Positions 25,495 to 37,435 of a DNA stretch of 64,000 bases are shown here, piece after piece (position 1 is the stretch's first letter; each line of letters opens with the position of its first letter). Made by a program: the position numbers and the translations under genes. Below the pieces are notes generated by a model. The model ran no database searches. It was not told the DNA's origin and worked only from the letters and a program-made list of their open reading frames with translations. Source of the DNA: Eledone cirrhosa (Eukaryota); NCBI GenBank assembly GCA_964016885.1, contig OZ024747.1:26102001-26166000 (forward strand), given 5' to 3'.

Positions 25495-27482
25495 ATGGCT
25501 AATTCCCCTCTGCACGAAGCAGCTGAAAGCCTTCCTCACAAAATAACACCTCACACCGACACCACCATTGTAAATGTTACTACGTTTGCCAACACAAAAA
25601 AAAATATAAGCAGTAGCAATATTTTAAATTTGTCTCAGGCAGACATTCATTTCCCGCCATTACCAATGACTGCAGGTGTTAAACCCTCCACCACCACCAC
25701 CACCGCGACAACCACCACCACCACCACCACCACCGCGACAACAGAAACAAAAGAAGAAAAAAATAAATTAACTCGTGACGTCGAAATGAAATCAAGCAAA
25801 ATGGACTCTTCCCCACCAAAGACGACTGACGTCACCACCACCACAACTGAAAATAAAATTAATATTAACGATAGCAACAACAACAACAATGACATTATAA
25901 AACCGACCCTCAGTTTCGCCATCGTAGCAAAACAATTCGAAGCGTTCACGGTAACTCAAGAAGATTTAGAAAATGCCAAACAAATGGTAAAGAAAGATGG
26001 GTACAGGGTCAGCCTCACCCCCCACCAAATAAAATGGAGCATCGGCGCCTGTGCACCGTGTCGTATAGAACAATAAATGTAAAATCGCGCCGAGTGGAAC
26101 GGGCATCCGAGTCCCAAATCAAAAAAGCTTTGGGACATGTGTGGGCAAGAAAAACTCACATCAGACGTGGGCAAAAGTATGGAACCGTGGATGTGTTCTT
26201 TGAAACACCAAAGGAGGCTAGAGAACACTCCATGGCCCCATTAAAAAGTGACGACCTCACACTCGTCCCAAGCTATTGTGGCCAGAGACTCGTAAAGATC
26301 AGGGTGACCCACGTTCCACCGGTCATCGGAATTCCCTGGCTAATAGCGGCTGTCCTCGCCGGCATCGAAGCCAACACGAAAATAATAGCAGTAGCAAAAG
26401 AAAAGCAGGAAAACTGGTCCGGATCTGGGATGGAGCTCCTGATCCAAGCGGACCAAAAAAGCATTGAGGAGATCCCAGAGGTAATAGACCTCACTGACGG
26501 CAGCCACCTCACGGTAATTGTCGAGGGCAGAAGACCTAGGTGTGTCGTTTGTGGTGAAGGAACCCACCTAAGGGCTTTCTGCCCTCAGGCTAAAAGGTTG
26601 AGGCCACCTCTCCTACCCACCCCAGTGACACAACCATCAACACCACCAGTAGCAGAGATGGCAGCAACAACTGTAGCAGCAACAACAGGAGCAACTATAA
26701 CAGCAACAACCCCAGCAACAGTAGCAAAACCAACACCACTACCACCACCAGCAAAACCAACACCACCACCACCCAACGCTTCAGAACTAGCACCAGCGCC
26801 TACACCATCCACCACACCACAACCAAAACTAACGGCTGTGGAGGATTTTCCACTCCCCGGCCTATCACAACTGGAGACAGATTGTGACGACGAGGAGTGG
26901 GAAACGATATCCGGAAAAAAAAAAAGAAACCAAAAAAGAAAAAATTCTCTTCCTTCTCCCTCCAAAAACAAAACACAGAGGGAAACAAATAAACTAAGAA
27001 ACAAAAAAGTTAGGACAGATATGCCACCATCCACACCAGCATCACCAACCCCATCAACCCAAACACCAACACCATCATCATCATTAACTCCAACACCACC
27101 ATCACCTACACCACAAAAGTCACCAAAATGCGAAACAGAAACAAACCCACAACAAACGCAAACAAAACAAAACAACCAAAACGATACACACTACACAGCA
27201 TTAAATTTGAACAACAAGCAATTATTACACTACATCCAACACAACACCAGCATCACAGAAAAAGACTACACAACAACCCCAAAATTCACACCACCTCCAC
27301 ACATACAAATCACTCGCATCACACAGAAAACGTACATGACACTAAAACAAAAATTCCCAAAAGACATCGGAGACTTCCGACAAGCACTCTCCAGGAGGAT
27401 TTATAAGGACATCCTTCCTGAGGAGGCCACAAGCAGTGAAAAGGATGGAAAAACCGTCCTTCCCCTACGAGAAGTAAGGTAA
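25495..27482 (+). pseudogene. Tx1 ORF1 (gag-like, CCHC knuckle) with one frameshift near 26020-26035
   Basis: ORFs 25495-26076 and 26034-27482 align consecutively with copy 2 ORF1; knuckle CVVCGEGTHLRAFC. Confidence 0.9.
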
Positions 27483-27516
27483 GTGGTCTTTCCCATCTTT
27501 TCCACTCCTTTTCAAC

Positions 27517-30500
27517 ATGACCTCACTCAGAATAGGCAGCATAAATGCGCGTGGCTTGGGGTCGTCATGGAAGCAGGGCCACCTGCTCAACGACCTCAGG
27601 TCACTAAACATAGATGTAGTGGCCATCAGCGAGACCAGAATCTCCGAAGCACAGGCTTTCGCACCGATCTTCGGCGGCTACGATGTGTACGCATCTCCCA
27701 GCCGTCCGGGATCGGGGGGAGGAGTTGCTGTGCTTTTTCGGAGAGGTTTGGATCTTGCCATACGGGCCATCTTCCTGGACCCTATAAGGTAAGTTGGTGG
27801 TGCTGGACGTGACCAGCGGAGACGGGCAAGCTTTCAGGTTAGTGGCCGTCTATGCCCCGACAGGAGCAGGGTGGCCTGATTTCTTCCGGCGTCTGGAGAC
27901 CTTTCTTGGAACGTCCCGCTCTTTAGTGTTAGTGGGCGACTGGAACGGGATCTTAGATGCACGCTGGGATTGTGTGGGATTAGTGGATAGGGAAGGAGGG
28001 TGCAAGAGTCTCACCAACCTGCTCAGACGTTTTGAACTGTCTGACAGGTACCGAATGGATTTCCCGAATGTACCAATGTGGACTTGGACAAATCGCATAG
28101 GGTCATCCAGATCATATCTAGATAGAGTATTTTGTAGGGAAATAGATAGGTCTAGCATAGGCTGTCCACAATTCAAGATAGTCAGCTACACGGACCACAA
28201 GTTCGTGATCTGTGTGCTTGACTTAGATAGGCTTCATAGACGAGGACCCGGCTACTGGAAGCTAAACGCGTCCTTACCAGCGCGCAAGGCCTACAGAGAC
28301 CGGATTAGCGAACTAGTTAAGCGGGCGTTGACGGGGGCCATCGTCAACAACAAGTGGTGGTTTGCTCTGAAAAGAGCGATTAGAATAGAATCGATTAGGT
28401 TTAGTAAGGCTTTAGCAATAGAGAAAAATAGAGCAGAGGGAGAACTAGTTAGAAAATTAGACGAGGCGCTTAGCAAAGGCATTGCGACCGACGTGCTTGC
28501 GGCGAAATTGGCCCTTGACCAATTCTTCAATGCAAAGCACGAAGGCTGCGTTGTCAGAGCTAGGGTGCGTGCTCTCAGACACGAGGGGACGAAAGCCGTT
28601 CAATGGGCCCGAGTGGCGGAGGCGCGTCGTGGCAACAAAGCCACGATCCGGTCTTTGGTGGACCACGACGGGCGCATGCTACTCGATCCCGGGCAAATGT
28701 GTGAAGCTTTTCAGCGACACTTCGCTCAGCTGTTCGGGGGCAGCGGGGGGCCGGGTAGAGGGATGGACTTTAGTGTCTACCTCGACGGACTGCCGCGGCT
28801 CTCGGCCACTGAGGCGAGGTGTTGCGAAAAGCCGATAACAGCCGCTGAAGTACGGGAGGCAATGACTGGCTGCACAAGGGGTAAATCGCCTGGTTGGATG
28901 GTCTGCCCTATGAACTTTACGTACAGATGCCAGACTTGTTCGGAGGCCTCTTGGCGGAAGTCTACTGCAACTGGCAACAGAACGGGAGAATTCCCAGTTC
29001 TGTGAGCCGAGGAGCGGTGGCACTGCTGAGAAAGGATACGAACAAGGGGGATAACATAGACAATTTCCGGCCCATAACTCTGCTAAACACAGAGTTTAAG
29101 ATTTTGGCCAAGGTGCTAGCAAAGAGGTTGGCGCTTGTCGTTGGTGGTCTGGTGGGAGAGGCGCAGACATGCGCCATTCCCGACAGATCCATCCACGACA
29201 ACCTCCACCTCATGCGATACATCGTAGAGAGGGTAGCTAGGGAACCTGGCACGGGTGGGTCCTTGATCAATTTAGATCAGTCGAAAGCTTTCGATAGGGT
29301 CGACCATCGTTACCTAGCGGCAGTCCTGAGGGCGGCTGGCTTTGGGCCCGTCTTCAGAGGCTGGATCGCTGCCATGCACAGCGACATCTGCTCTGTAGTG
29401 AGAGTGAAGGTCACCTTTCGGAACCGTTCAACATCATGCGCTCGGTCCGCCAAGGATGTCCCATCTCGTCCCTATTGTACGTATTGACTCTCGAGCCATT
29501 ACTGCACAAGCTGGAGACGTTGAGGGGGATCCCGCGCGAACTAGGATGCAAAGATCCGTGTCAGCATATGCCGACGATGTCACCGTAGTGGTGTCGAACG
29601 CCAAACACATCGAGGCGATCGGCCCTACACTAAGAGAATACGAAGCGGTGACAGGAGCAATGATCAACCAGGAATAGTCAGTGGGCCTGCAGCTCGGCAC
29701 CTGGAGAGGCAGGTCCATGCTGTCCAACAGCGTCGTCGGGCGCTGGACGGACGGACCGGTTAAATTGCTAGGGGTCTGGTTCGGTCCAGACCTCCAGACG
29801 GACAAAAACTGGGACGAGGTGACGAGCAGGGTGGCTTCTCTCACCCAGAAATGGGCCGAGAGGAAGCTATCCCTGAAAGGTCGAGCGGAGGTGGCGAATG
29901 CGTACATCGCATCCGTCATCTACTACCGCCTGACCGTCGTACCTTGTCCTAAGCCCCGCCTGACTGCGCTGGAGCGTTTGCTCTTTCGCTTATTGTGGAA
30001 GGGACACGCTCCGATGGTCAGGCGCTCCATCTGCTGTCAACACCCGCTGCGTGGAGGGCTGGGCATGCCGTGGCTGATGATGCGCAGACACGCGCTCAGG
30101 CTACGACATCTCCACCTCTTCCTCGACGGTGATCAGGTGTGGTCGCCGTTTGCAAGACACGTTTTTCCCCAGCTCGTCTCCTTGACGGAGCTGCAGTCCT
30201 GGATCAAGCGAAGACCGAGAGGGAGCGCTTGGAGACTGGAATGTCTGCAGGCGCTCACAGCCCTCGACCAATCGGGCAATGTGATCGGTGGAAACTCCAC
30301 CTTGGCGTTCTATAGGGGATTAGTGGAGGGGAAGAGCGACGACGTACTTGGAGAAACTCTAGGCGTCGACGAAAATCAACTAGCCAATCTCTTCGGAAGG
30401 ACTTTCGGGCCGGGGCCTATGGACAACTTCCAGAAATCCCTGGCCTGGCAGTGCTACCGAGGAGCTTTGCCAGTTCGGGATAAACTCTACAGGCATGGAG

Positions 30501-30934
30501 GTGCCGTCAGCCGGGCATGTCCGAGATGCGCGCAGGGCGACGAAACCGTCCTGCACGCACTCGTCCAGTGTCCGAGCATTGCTGACTTGTGGGTTTATGT
30601 CGAACACCTGCTGTCACGTGTAGGACGGATCCAGCTATCAGCTGAGTCCATCGTGAGGATTGCCCCGCCCCCTTCCTTTAGCCTGGAAGGGCAGGCAGTT
30701 TTTATCTGTCTGGTGGCCATGGCGAAAGAGATAGTATGGTGGACACGTTTGAAAGGGCTGAAGACGAGCACTTACCTCTTCGGTGATGCCCTGATTAACT
30801 TTTTCAAATTTCATTTGAAAAGGAAAATCAGGGTAGAGAGGGAAGTGCTCTCTTCCCAGCATTTTGTTGAAAGATGGGTGAGAGAAGCAAGTATAGCCCG
30901 AATGAATGGGCCTTCTCTGAGTATGTGTCTGTAA
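27517..30934 (+). pseudogene. Tx1 ORF2 (APE-RT-Zn finger), disrupted
   Basis: Near-identical to 33544-36963, but with frameshifts near 27785, 28894, 29409 and 29550 and a TAG at 29675-29677 (AAG in copy 2). Confidence 0.95.
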
Positions 30935-31411
30935 ATTAAAGGTGGAAAACTGGGAGAGGGCACTTGCCCTGGTGGTCAGGGCCACTGTGGTCTTTTAATG
31001 GGCTTTCTCCACAAATGTCCCTTGGAAGTCTCCCCCCTATTGGGGAATTTTTCTTTGTTATTTTATTTCAACCTCTGTTTTTTTACACGCAGAAATGCCC
31101 ATTTGTACCGTCCTGCATTGTCCTGCACTGTCCTTAATGTCTACTTTATGTAAACCCTTGTGGTTAATAAAGAAATCATTATTATTATTATTATTATTGA
31201 ATGCCATGGTTGACGGAGGCTCGGCTCTGTAAGGTATAGTAATTTTTAACCGTTAAAACAATTGTAAATTGTTTAAAACTTGAACCAAATTGTTGATAAA
31301 GACACCCTCCTCCTCGTGAGAGGGGTCTTTCTGTCCGTTATTTGGCCCTTCGGGGTTAAATAACCAGTTATTGGGGTTTTGTACCCAAAATTTCATTTTA
31401 AACAAAAAAAC

Positions 31412-33508
31412 ATGGCTACGAAAAAGAAATTTCATACGTCACTCCCACTCATTCCGTCTTCTTCTTCCTCAATCATCACTACAGCAGAGAGAAGATTGTC
31501 TCTCTCCCTCCCTTCTTTAAATGTGTCTCTCTCCCTCCCTTCTCTTTCGCAAGCGACGAAAGAAAAGAAAAGTCTCGTGCAAAGCGTGCAAGGTTTCTCC
31601 ACGACGACGACGACAGCGACGAAACAGGTGTGCGGGAAATACGAAAACCCAGTTCATTCGTCTGACGTCAGGAATAATAGCAGTAGCAGCCGTAATAACA
31701 ACAGCAACAGTGACAATGAAAACAACAGTAGCAGCCGCAACAGCATCACCAGCAGCATAAACAACAACAGCATTAGCAGCAGCAACACCAACAACAACCA
31801 CAGCAACAGCGGCGGAGGCAGTAGTCGTAGTACCTGCAGCAACAACAAAAGTACCAGCAGCTCTGACGACAACAACAACAGCAGAGAAAAACCAATCTCA
31901 TTTGCAGGTATTGCGAAAAACTTGGAAACAATCCTCATAACAAATGAGGAATTAGTGGAAGCGAAGAAGATGGTGACAAAGAACGGACACCGAGCAATCT
32001 GCAAGGCAGCGAAAAATTTTTTCGAAACCCAAGAGCACTGTACGGTCACGTACCGTACAGTAAGTACAAAATCCCGTAGGGTGGAAAGAGCCACAGAGGC
32101 CCAAATACAAAAAGCCTTGGGGTCTGTGTGGCAGAGGAAAACGCACATCACCCGAGGCAAAAAATACGCCACCGTAGACGTACTTTTTGCCACACCCCAG
32201 GAGGCAAAGGCCCAATCAGTAGTGACCCTAAGGAGCGAGGAAATGGTGTTGGTGCCCTCCTACTGCGGGCAAAAAATTGTGAGGGTCAAACTGACCCACG
32301 TCCCCCCCGGAATGACCCCTTCTTGGCTGGCCGCGTCTGTCCTCGTCGGAATCGAGGACAAAACAACTGTACTGCAAGTACAGAAAAAAGTAAGAGAAGA
32401 TTGGGTCGGCTCCTCCATTGAGATGCTAATCCAAACCAACCAGGAGTGCATCGAAGCTATCCCGGATGTGATAGACTTCGATAACGGCACTCAACTGCCC
32501 ATAAGTGTTGAGGGCAAACGCCCGAAATGCTTTCGCTGTGGATCGAAGACTCACCTCAGGGCCTTCTGCAACGAGAAGACCCTGAGAAAGGAGAAAACCC
32601 CCCTCCTTCCGAATCCGGCTCCACGGCTACCAGCAACAGGACAAGCGGCAACCAGGAACGATAGGTCCGTGGCACCCATACCCACGCCACGGAAATCAAA
32701 AACAGCAGCAGCAGTAGAAATATTAACAACAACAACAGCAATACCAAATGCAGCTGCAACAGAGACTCCAGTGCAAACATCACCAACAACAACAAGTGAA
32801 AGAGTGGAGCTGGTACCCCTCCCCGACCTCACAGAATCAGACATGGAGTGTGAGGTGGGAGAGGGATGGCAAAAGGTCGTAAGAAGGCACAAACGCAGAA
32901 GCAGCGCATCGTCGCCTTTGAAAAGGGAGGAAAGAAATGAGAAAAGGGTAAAGTCTACTGCAAAGAGACCCACAGCAGCAACAACACCAACACCATCACC
33001 ACCCACACTAGCACCACCATCACCACCGGCGACAACCCCACCGCCAACAACACCTTCAACACCACCACCACAAGCACCAACATCGCAAACACAACAACAA
33101 AACACACACACCCAGCAACAACGACAAGAAAATAGCAGAACCACACCCCACCCCCAGAAAAACAAATGCACGGCAATAAACACACACAACAAGAAACTAA
33201 TGACTTACATAATTGAACACACAGACATTTCACAACAGGACTACATAATACCAGCACCAATCAAAACGCCAACTAACATAAGACTGCTAAAAATAGCACA
33301 GAAACAATACACAAACATTAAAACGAAATTCCCCAACGCAGTTGGTGATTTCAGGGACCTAGGAGGAACCATTAATCGAAGAGTATATTCAGACATTCTC
33401 TTAGAAGAGCCGACGACCAGCCGAAGGGACGATTCAACGGTCCCTTCACCAGACGATCAAGTGAAAAGGGATGTAAAAACCATCCCTCCTCTACCAAAAA
33501 TACGGTAA
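31412..33508 (+). CDS. Tx1 ORF1 nucleic-acid-binding protein, about 698 aa from the first ATG
   Basis: ATG at 31412 (AACATGG); Ser/Asn low-complexity N-terminus; conserved core; CCHC knuckle CFRCGSKTHLRAFC; basic NLS-like VRRHKRR; Pro/Thr-rich tail. Confidence 0.92.
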   Translation: MATKKKFHTSLPLIPSSSSSIITTAERRLSLSLPSLNVSLSLPSLSQATKEKKSLVQSVQGFSTTTTTATKQVCGKYENPVHSSDVRNNSSSSRNNNSNSDNENNSSSRNSITSSINNNSISSSNTNNNHSNSGGGSSRSTCSNNKSTSSSDDNNNSREKPISFAGIAKNLETILITNEELVEAKKMVTKNGHRAICKAAKNFFETQEHCTVTYRTVSTKSRRVERATEAQIQKALGSVWQRKTHITRGKKYATVDVLFATPQEAKAQSVVTLRSEEMVLVPSYCGQKIVRVKLTHVPPGMTPSWLAASVLVGIEDKTTVLQVQKKVREDWVGSSIEMLIQTNQECIEAIPDVIDFDNGTQLPISVEGKRPKCFRCGSKTHLRAFCNEKTLRKEKTPLLPNPAPRLPATGQAATRNDRSVAPIPTPRKSKTAAAVEILTTTTAIPNAAATETPVQTSPTTTSERVELVPLPDLTESDMECEVGEGWQKVVRRHKRRSSASSPLKREERNEKRVKSTAKRPTAATTPTPSPPTLAPPSPPATTPPPTTPSTPPPQAPTSQTQQQNTHTQQQRQENSRTTPHPQKNKCTAINTHNKKLMTYIIEHTDISQQDYIIPAPIKTPTNIRLLKIAQKQYTNIKTKFPNAVGDFRDLGGTINRRVYSDILLEEPTTSRRDDSTVPSPDDQVKRDVKTIPPLPKIR

Positions 33509-33543
33509 GTGGTCTTTCCCATCTTTTCCACTCTATTTTAAAC

Positions 33544-36500
33544 ATGACCTCACTCAGAATAGGCAGCATAAATGCGCGTGGCTTGGGGTCGTCATGGAAG
33601 CAGGGTCACCTGCTCAACGACCTCAGGTCACTAAACATAGATGTAGTGGCCATCAGCGAGACCAGAATCTCCGAAGCACGGGCCTTCGCACCGATCTTCG
33701 GCGGCTACGATGTGTACGCATCTCCCAGCCGTCCTGGATCCGGTGGAGGAGTTGCTGTACTTTTTCGGAGAGGTTTGGATCTCGCCATACGGGCCATCTT
33801 CCTGGACCCAGAGGGTAAGCTGGTGGTGCTGGACGTGACCAGCGGAGACGGGCAAGCTTTCAGGCTAGTGGCCGTCTATGCCCCGACAGGAGCAGGGCGG
33901 CCTGATTTCTTCCGGCGTCTGGAGACCTTTCTTGGAACGTCCCGCTCTTTAGTGTTAGTGGGCGACTGGAACGGGATCTTAGATGCACGCTGGGACTGTG
34001 TGGGATTAGCGGATAGGGGTGGAGGGTGCAAGATCCTCACCAACCTGCTCAGGCGTTTTGAACTGTCTGACAGGTACCGATTGGATTTCCCGAATGTGCC
34101 AATGTGGACTTGGACAAACCGCATAGGGTCATCCAGATCATATCTAGATAGAGTATTTTGTAGGGAAATAGATAGGTCTAGCATAGGCTGTCCACAATTC
34201 AAGATAGTCAGCTACACGGACCACAAATTCGTGACCTGTGTGCTTGACTTAGATAGGCTTCATAGACGAGGACCCGGCTACTGGAAGCTAAACGCGTCCT
34301 TACCAGCGCGCAAGGCCTACAGAGACCGGATTAGCGAACTAGTTAAGCGGGCGTTGACGGGGGCCATCGTCAACAACAAGTGGTGGTTTGCTCTGAAAAG
34401 AGCGATTAGAATAGAATCGATTAGGTTTAGTAAGGCTTTAGCAATAGAGAAAAATAGAGCAGAGGGAGAACTAGTTAGAAAATTAGACGAGGCGCTTAGC
34501 AAAGGCATTGCGACCGACGTGCTTGCGGCGAAATTGGCCCTTGACCAATTCTTCAATGCAAAGCACGAAGGCTGCGTTGTCAGAGCTAGGGTGCGTGCTC
34601 TCAGACACGAGGGGACGAAAGCCGTTCAATGGGCCCGAGTGGCGGAGGCGCGTCGTGGCAACAAAGCCACGATCCGGTCTTTGGTGGACCACGACGGGCG
34701 CATGCTACTCGATCCCGGGCAAATGTGTGAAGCTTTTCAGCGACACTTCGCTCAGCTGTTCGGGGGCAGCGGGGGGCCGGGTAGAGGGATGGACTTTAGT
34801 GTCTACCTCGACGGGCTGCCGCGGCTCTCGGCCACTGAGGCGAGGTGTTGCGAAAAGCCGATAACAGCCGCTGAAGTACGGGAGGCAATGACTGGCTGCA
34901 CAAGGGGTAAATCGCCTGGTTTGGATGGTCTGCCCTATGAACTTTACGTACAGATGCCATACTTGTTCGGAGGCCTCTTGGCGGACGTCTACTGCAACTG
35001 GCAACAGAACGGGAGAATTCCCAGTTCTGTGAGCCGAGGAGCGGTGGCACTGCTGAGAAAGGATCCGAACAAGGGGGATAACATAGACAATTTCCGGCCC
35101 ATAACTCTGCTAAACACAGAGTTTAAGATTTTGGCCAAGGTGCTAGCAAAGAGGTTGGCGCTTGTCGTTGGTGGTCTGGTGGGAGAGGCGCAGACATGCG
35201 CCATTCCCGACAGATCCATCCACGACAACCTCCACCTCATGCGATACATCGTAGAGAGGGTAGCTAGGGAACCTGGCACGGGTGGGTCCTTGATCAATTT
35301 AGATCAGTCGAAAGCTTTCGATAGGGTCGACCATCGTTACCTAGCGGCAGTCCTGAGGGCGGCTGGCTTTGGGCCCGTCTTCAGAGGCTGGATCGCTGCC
35401 ATGCACAGCGACATCTGCTCTGTGGTGAGAGTGAACGGTCACCTGTCGGAACCGTTCAACATCATGCGCTCGGTCCGCCAAGGATGTCCCCTCTCGTCCC
35501 TCTTGTACGTATTGACTCTCGAGCCATTACTGCACAAACTGGAGACGTTGAGGGGAGTCCCGCGCGAACTAGGATGCGGAAGATCCGTGTCAGCATATGC
35601 GGACGATGTCACCGTAGTGGTGTCGAACGCCAAACACATCGAGGCGATCGGCACTACACTAAGAGAATACGAAGCGGTGACAGGAGCAATGATCAACCAG
35701 GAAAAGTCAGTGGGCCTGCAGCTCGGCACCTGGAGAGGCAGGTCCATGCCGTCCAACAGCGTCGTCGGGCGCTGGACGGACGGACCGGTTAAATTGCTAG
35801 GGGTCTGGTTCGGTCCGGACCTCCAGACGGACAAAAACTGGGACGAGGTGACGAGCAGGGTGGCTTCTCTCACCCAGAAATGGGCGGAGAGGAAGCTATC
35901 CCTGAAAGGTCGAGCGGAGGTGGCTAACGCGTACATCGCGTCTGTCATCTGCTACCGCCTAACCGTCGTACCTTGTCCTAAGCCTCGCCTGACTGCGCTG
36001 GAGCGTTTGCTCTTTCGCTTTTTGTGGAAGGGACGTGCTCCGATGGTCAGGCGGTCCATCTGTTGTCAACACCCGCTACGTGGAGGGCTGGGCATGCCGT
36101 GGCTGATGATGCGCAGGCACGCGCTCAGGCTACGACATCTCCACCTCTTCCTCGACGGTGATCAGGTGTGGTCGCCGTTTGCTAGACGCGTTTTTCCCCA
36201 GCTCGTTTCCTTGACGGAGCTGCAGTCCTGGGTCAAGCGAAGACCGAGAGGGAGCGCCTGGAGACTGGAATGTCTTCAGGCGCTCACAGCCCTCGACCAA
36301 TCGGGCAATGTGATCGGTGGAAACTCCACCTCGGCGTTCTATAGAGGATTAGTGGAGGGGAAGAGCGACGACGTACTTGGGGAAACTCTAGGCGTCGACG
36401 AAAATCAACTAGCCAATCTCTTCGGAAGAACTTTCGGGCCAGGGCCTATAGACAACTTCCAGAAATCTCTGGCCTGGCAGTGCTACCGAGGAGCCTTGCC

Positions 36501-36963
36501 AGTTCGGGATAAACTCTACAGGCATGGAGGTGCCGTCAGCCGGGCATGTCCGAGATGCGCGCAGGGCGACGAAACCGTCCTGCACGCACTCGTCCAGTGT
36601 CCGAAAATTGCTGACTTGTGGGTTTATGTCGAACACCTGCTGTCGCGTTTAGGACGGATCCAGCTATCATCTGAGTCCATCGTGAGGATTGCCCCGCCCT
36701 CCTCCTTTAGCCGGGAAGGGCAGGCAGTTTTTATCTGTCTGGTGGCCATGGCGAAAGAGATAGTATGGTGGACACGTTTGAAAGGGCTGAAGACGAGCAC
36801 TTACCTCTTCGGTGATGCTCTGATTGACTTTTTCAAATTTCATTTGAAAAGGAAAATCAGAGTAGAGAGGGAAGTGCTCTCTTCCCAGCATTTTGTTGAA
36901 AGATGGGTGAGAGAAGCAAGAATGGCCCGAGTGAATGGGCCGACTCTGAGTATATATCTGTAA
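33544..36963 (+). CDS. Tx1/L1-group ORF2: AP-like endonuclease + reverse transcriptase + C-terminal zinc finger, 1139 aa
   Basis: APE motifs SINARGL, ISET, GGVAVL, VYAP, GDWN, YLDRVF, TDH; GYWKLN; RT motifs KSPGLDG, FRPITLLN, DQSKAFDRVDH, RQGCPLS, YADD, GGLG; zinc finger CPRC..ETVLHALVQC. Confidence 0.97.
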   Translation: MTSLRIGSINARGLGSSWKQGHLLNDLRSLNIDVVAISETRISEARAFAPIFGGYDVYASPSRPGSGGGVAVLFRRGLDLAIRAIFLDPEGKLVVLDVTSGDGQAFRLVAVYAPTGAGRPDFFRRLETFLGTSRSLVLVGDWNGILDARWDCVGLADRGGGCKILTNLLRRFELSDRYRLDFPNVPMWTWTNRIGSSRSYLDRVFCREIDRSSIGCPQFKIVSYTDHKFVTCVLDLDRLHRRGPGYWKLNASLPARKAYRDRISELVKRALTGAIVNNKWWFALKRAIRIESIRFSKALAIEKNRAEGELVRKLDEALSKGIATDVLAAKLALDQFFNAKHEGCVVRARVRALRHEGTKAVQWARVAEARRGNKATIRSLVDHDGRMLLDPGQMCEAFQRHFAQLFGGSGGPGRGMDFSVYLDGLPRLSATEARCCEKPITAAEVREAMTGCTRGKSPGLDGLPYELYVQMPYLFGGLLADVYCNWQQNGRIPSSVSRGAVALLRKDPNKGDNIDNFRPITLLNTEFKILAKVLAKRLALVVGGLVGEAQTCAIPDRSIHDNLHLMRYIVERVAREPGTGGSLINLDQSKAFDRVDHRYLAAVLRAAGFGPVFRGWIAAMHSDICSVVRVNGHLSEPFNIMRSVRQGCPLSSLLYVLTLEPLLHKLETLRGVPRELGCGRSVSAYADDVTVVVSNAKHIEAIGTTLREYEAVTGAMINQEKSVGLQLGTWRGRSMPSNSVVGRWTDGPVKLLGVWFGPDLQTDKNWDEVTSRVASLTQKWAERKLSLKGRAEVANAYIASVICYRLTVVPCPKPRLTALERLLFRFLWKGRAPMVRRSICCQHPLRGGLGMPWLMMRRHALRLRHLHLFLDGDQVWSPFARRVFPQLVSLTELQSWVKRRPRGSAWRLECLQALTALDQSGNVIGGNSTSAFYRGLVEGKSDDVLGETLGVDENQLANLFGRTFGPGPIDNFQKSLAWQCYRGALPVRDKLYRHGGAVSRACPRCAQGDETVLHALVQCPKIADLWVYVEHLLSRLGRIQLSSESIVRIAPPSSFSREGQAVFICLVAMAKEIVWWTRLKGLKTSTYLFGDALIDFFKFHLKRKIRVEREVLSSQHFVERWVREARMARVNGPTLSIYL

Positions 36964-37223
36964 ACTAAAGGTGGAAAACTGGGAGAGGGCACTTGCCTTG
37001 GTGGTCAGGGTCATTGTGGCTTTTTACTGGGCTTTCTCCACAAATGTCCCTCCGAAGTCTCCCCCCTATTGGGGAATTTTTCATTGTTATTTTCATTGTT
37101 ATTTTTGTTACATCCTCTGTTTTTGTTTTTTTACACGCAGAAATGCCCATTTGTACCGTCCTGCATTGTCCTGCACTGTCCTTAATGTCTACTTTATGTA
37201 AACCCTTGTGGTTAATAAAGAAA

Positions 37224-37275
<52 letters not shown>

Positions 37276-37287
37276 TATTACTCTATT

Positions 37288-37435
37288 GGTGGATTGGCAG
37301 TATCGGTAGAGGGTCGGACGACATGTTTTCCAGCATAGAGTTACATCCCTTTACAGGCTGAGTTCAAATCCTGCCATGGTTAACTTTGCCTTTCATCCTG
37401 ACGGGGGCCTATAAGATAGTGGCAAAAGTAGAAAC

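Larger units (their letters stand above)
25286..31177 (+). mobile_element. Full-length Tx1-like non-LTR retrotransposon, copy 1 (defective)
   Basis: 5'UTR, ORF1, ORF2 and 3'UTR ending AATAAAGAAATC; bounded by (ATT)n at both ends. Confidence 0.95.
31199..37225 (+). mobile_element. Full-length Tx1-like non-LTR retrotransposon, copy 2 (both ORFs intact)
   Basis: Begins after (ATT)7 at 31178-31198; ends AATAAAGAAATC then (ATT)n at 37226-37280. Confidence 0.96.

Noticed and set aside
27850-37014. Antisense and alternative-frame ORFs shared by both Tx1 copies
   Set aside because: Expected by-products of GC-rich coding sequence in near-identical copies; no independent motif evidence.
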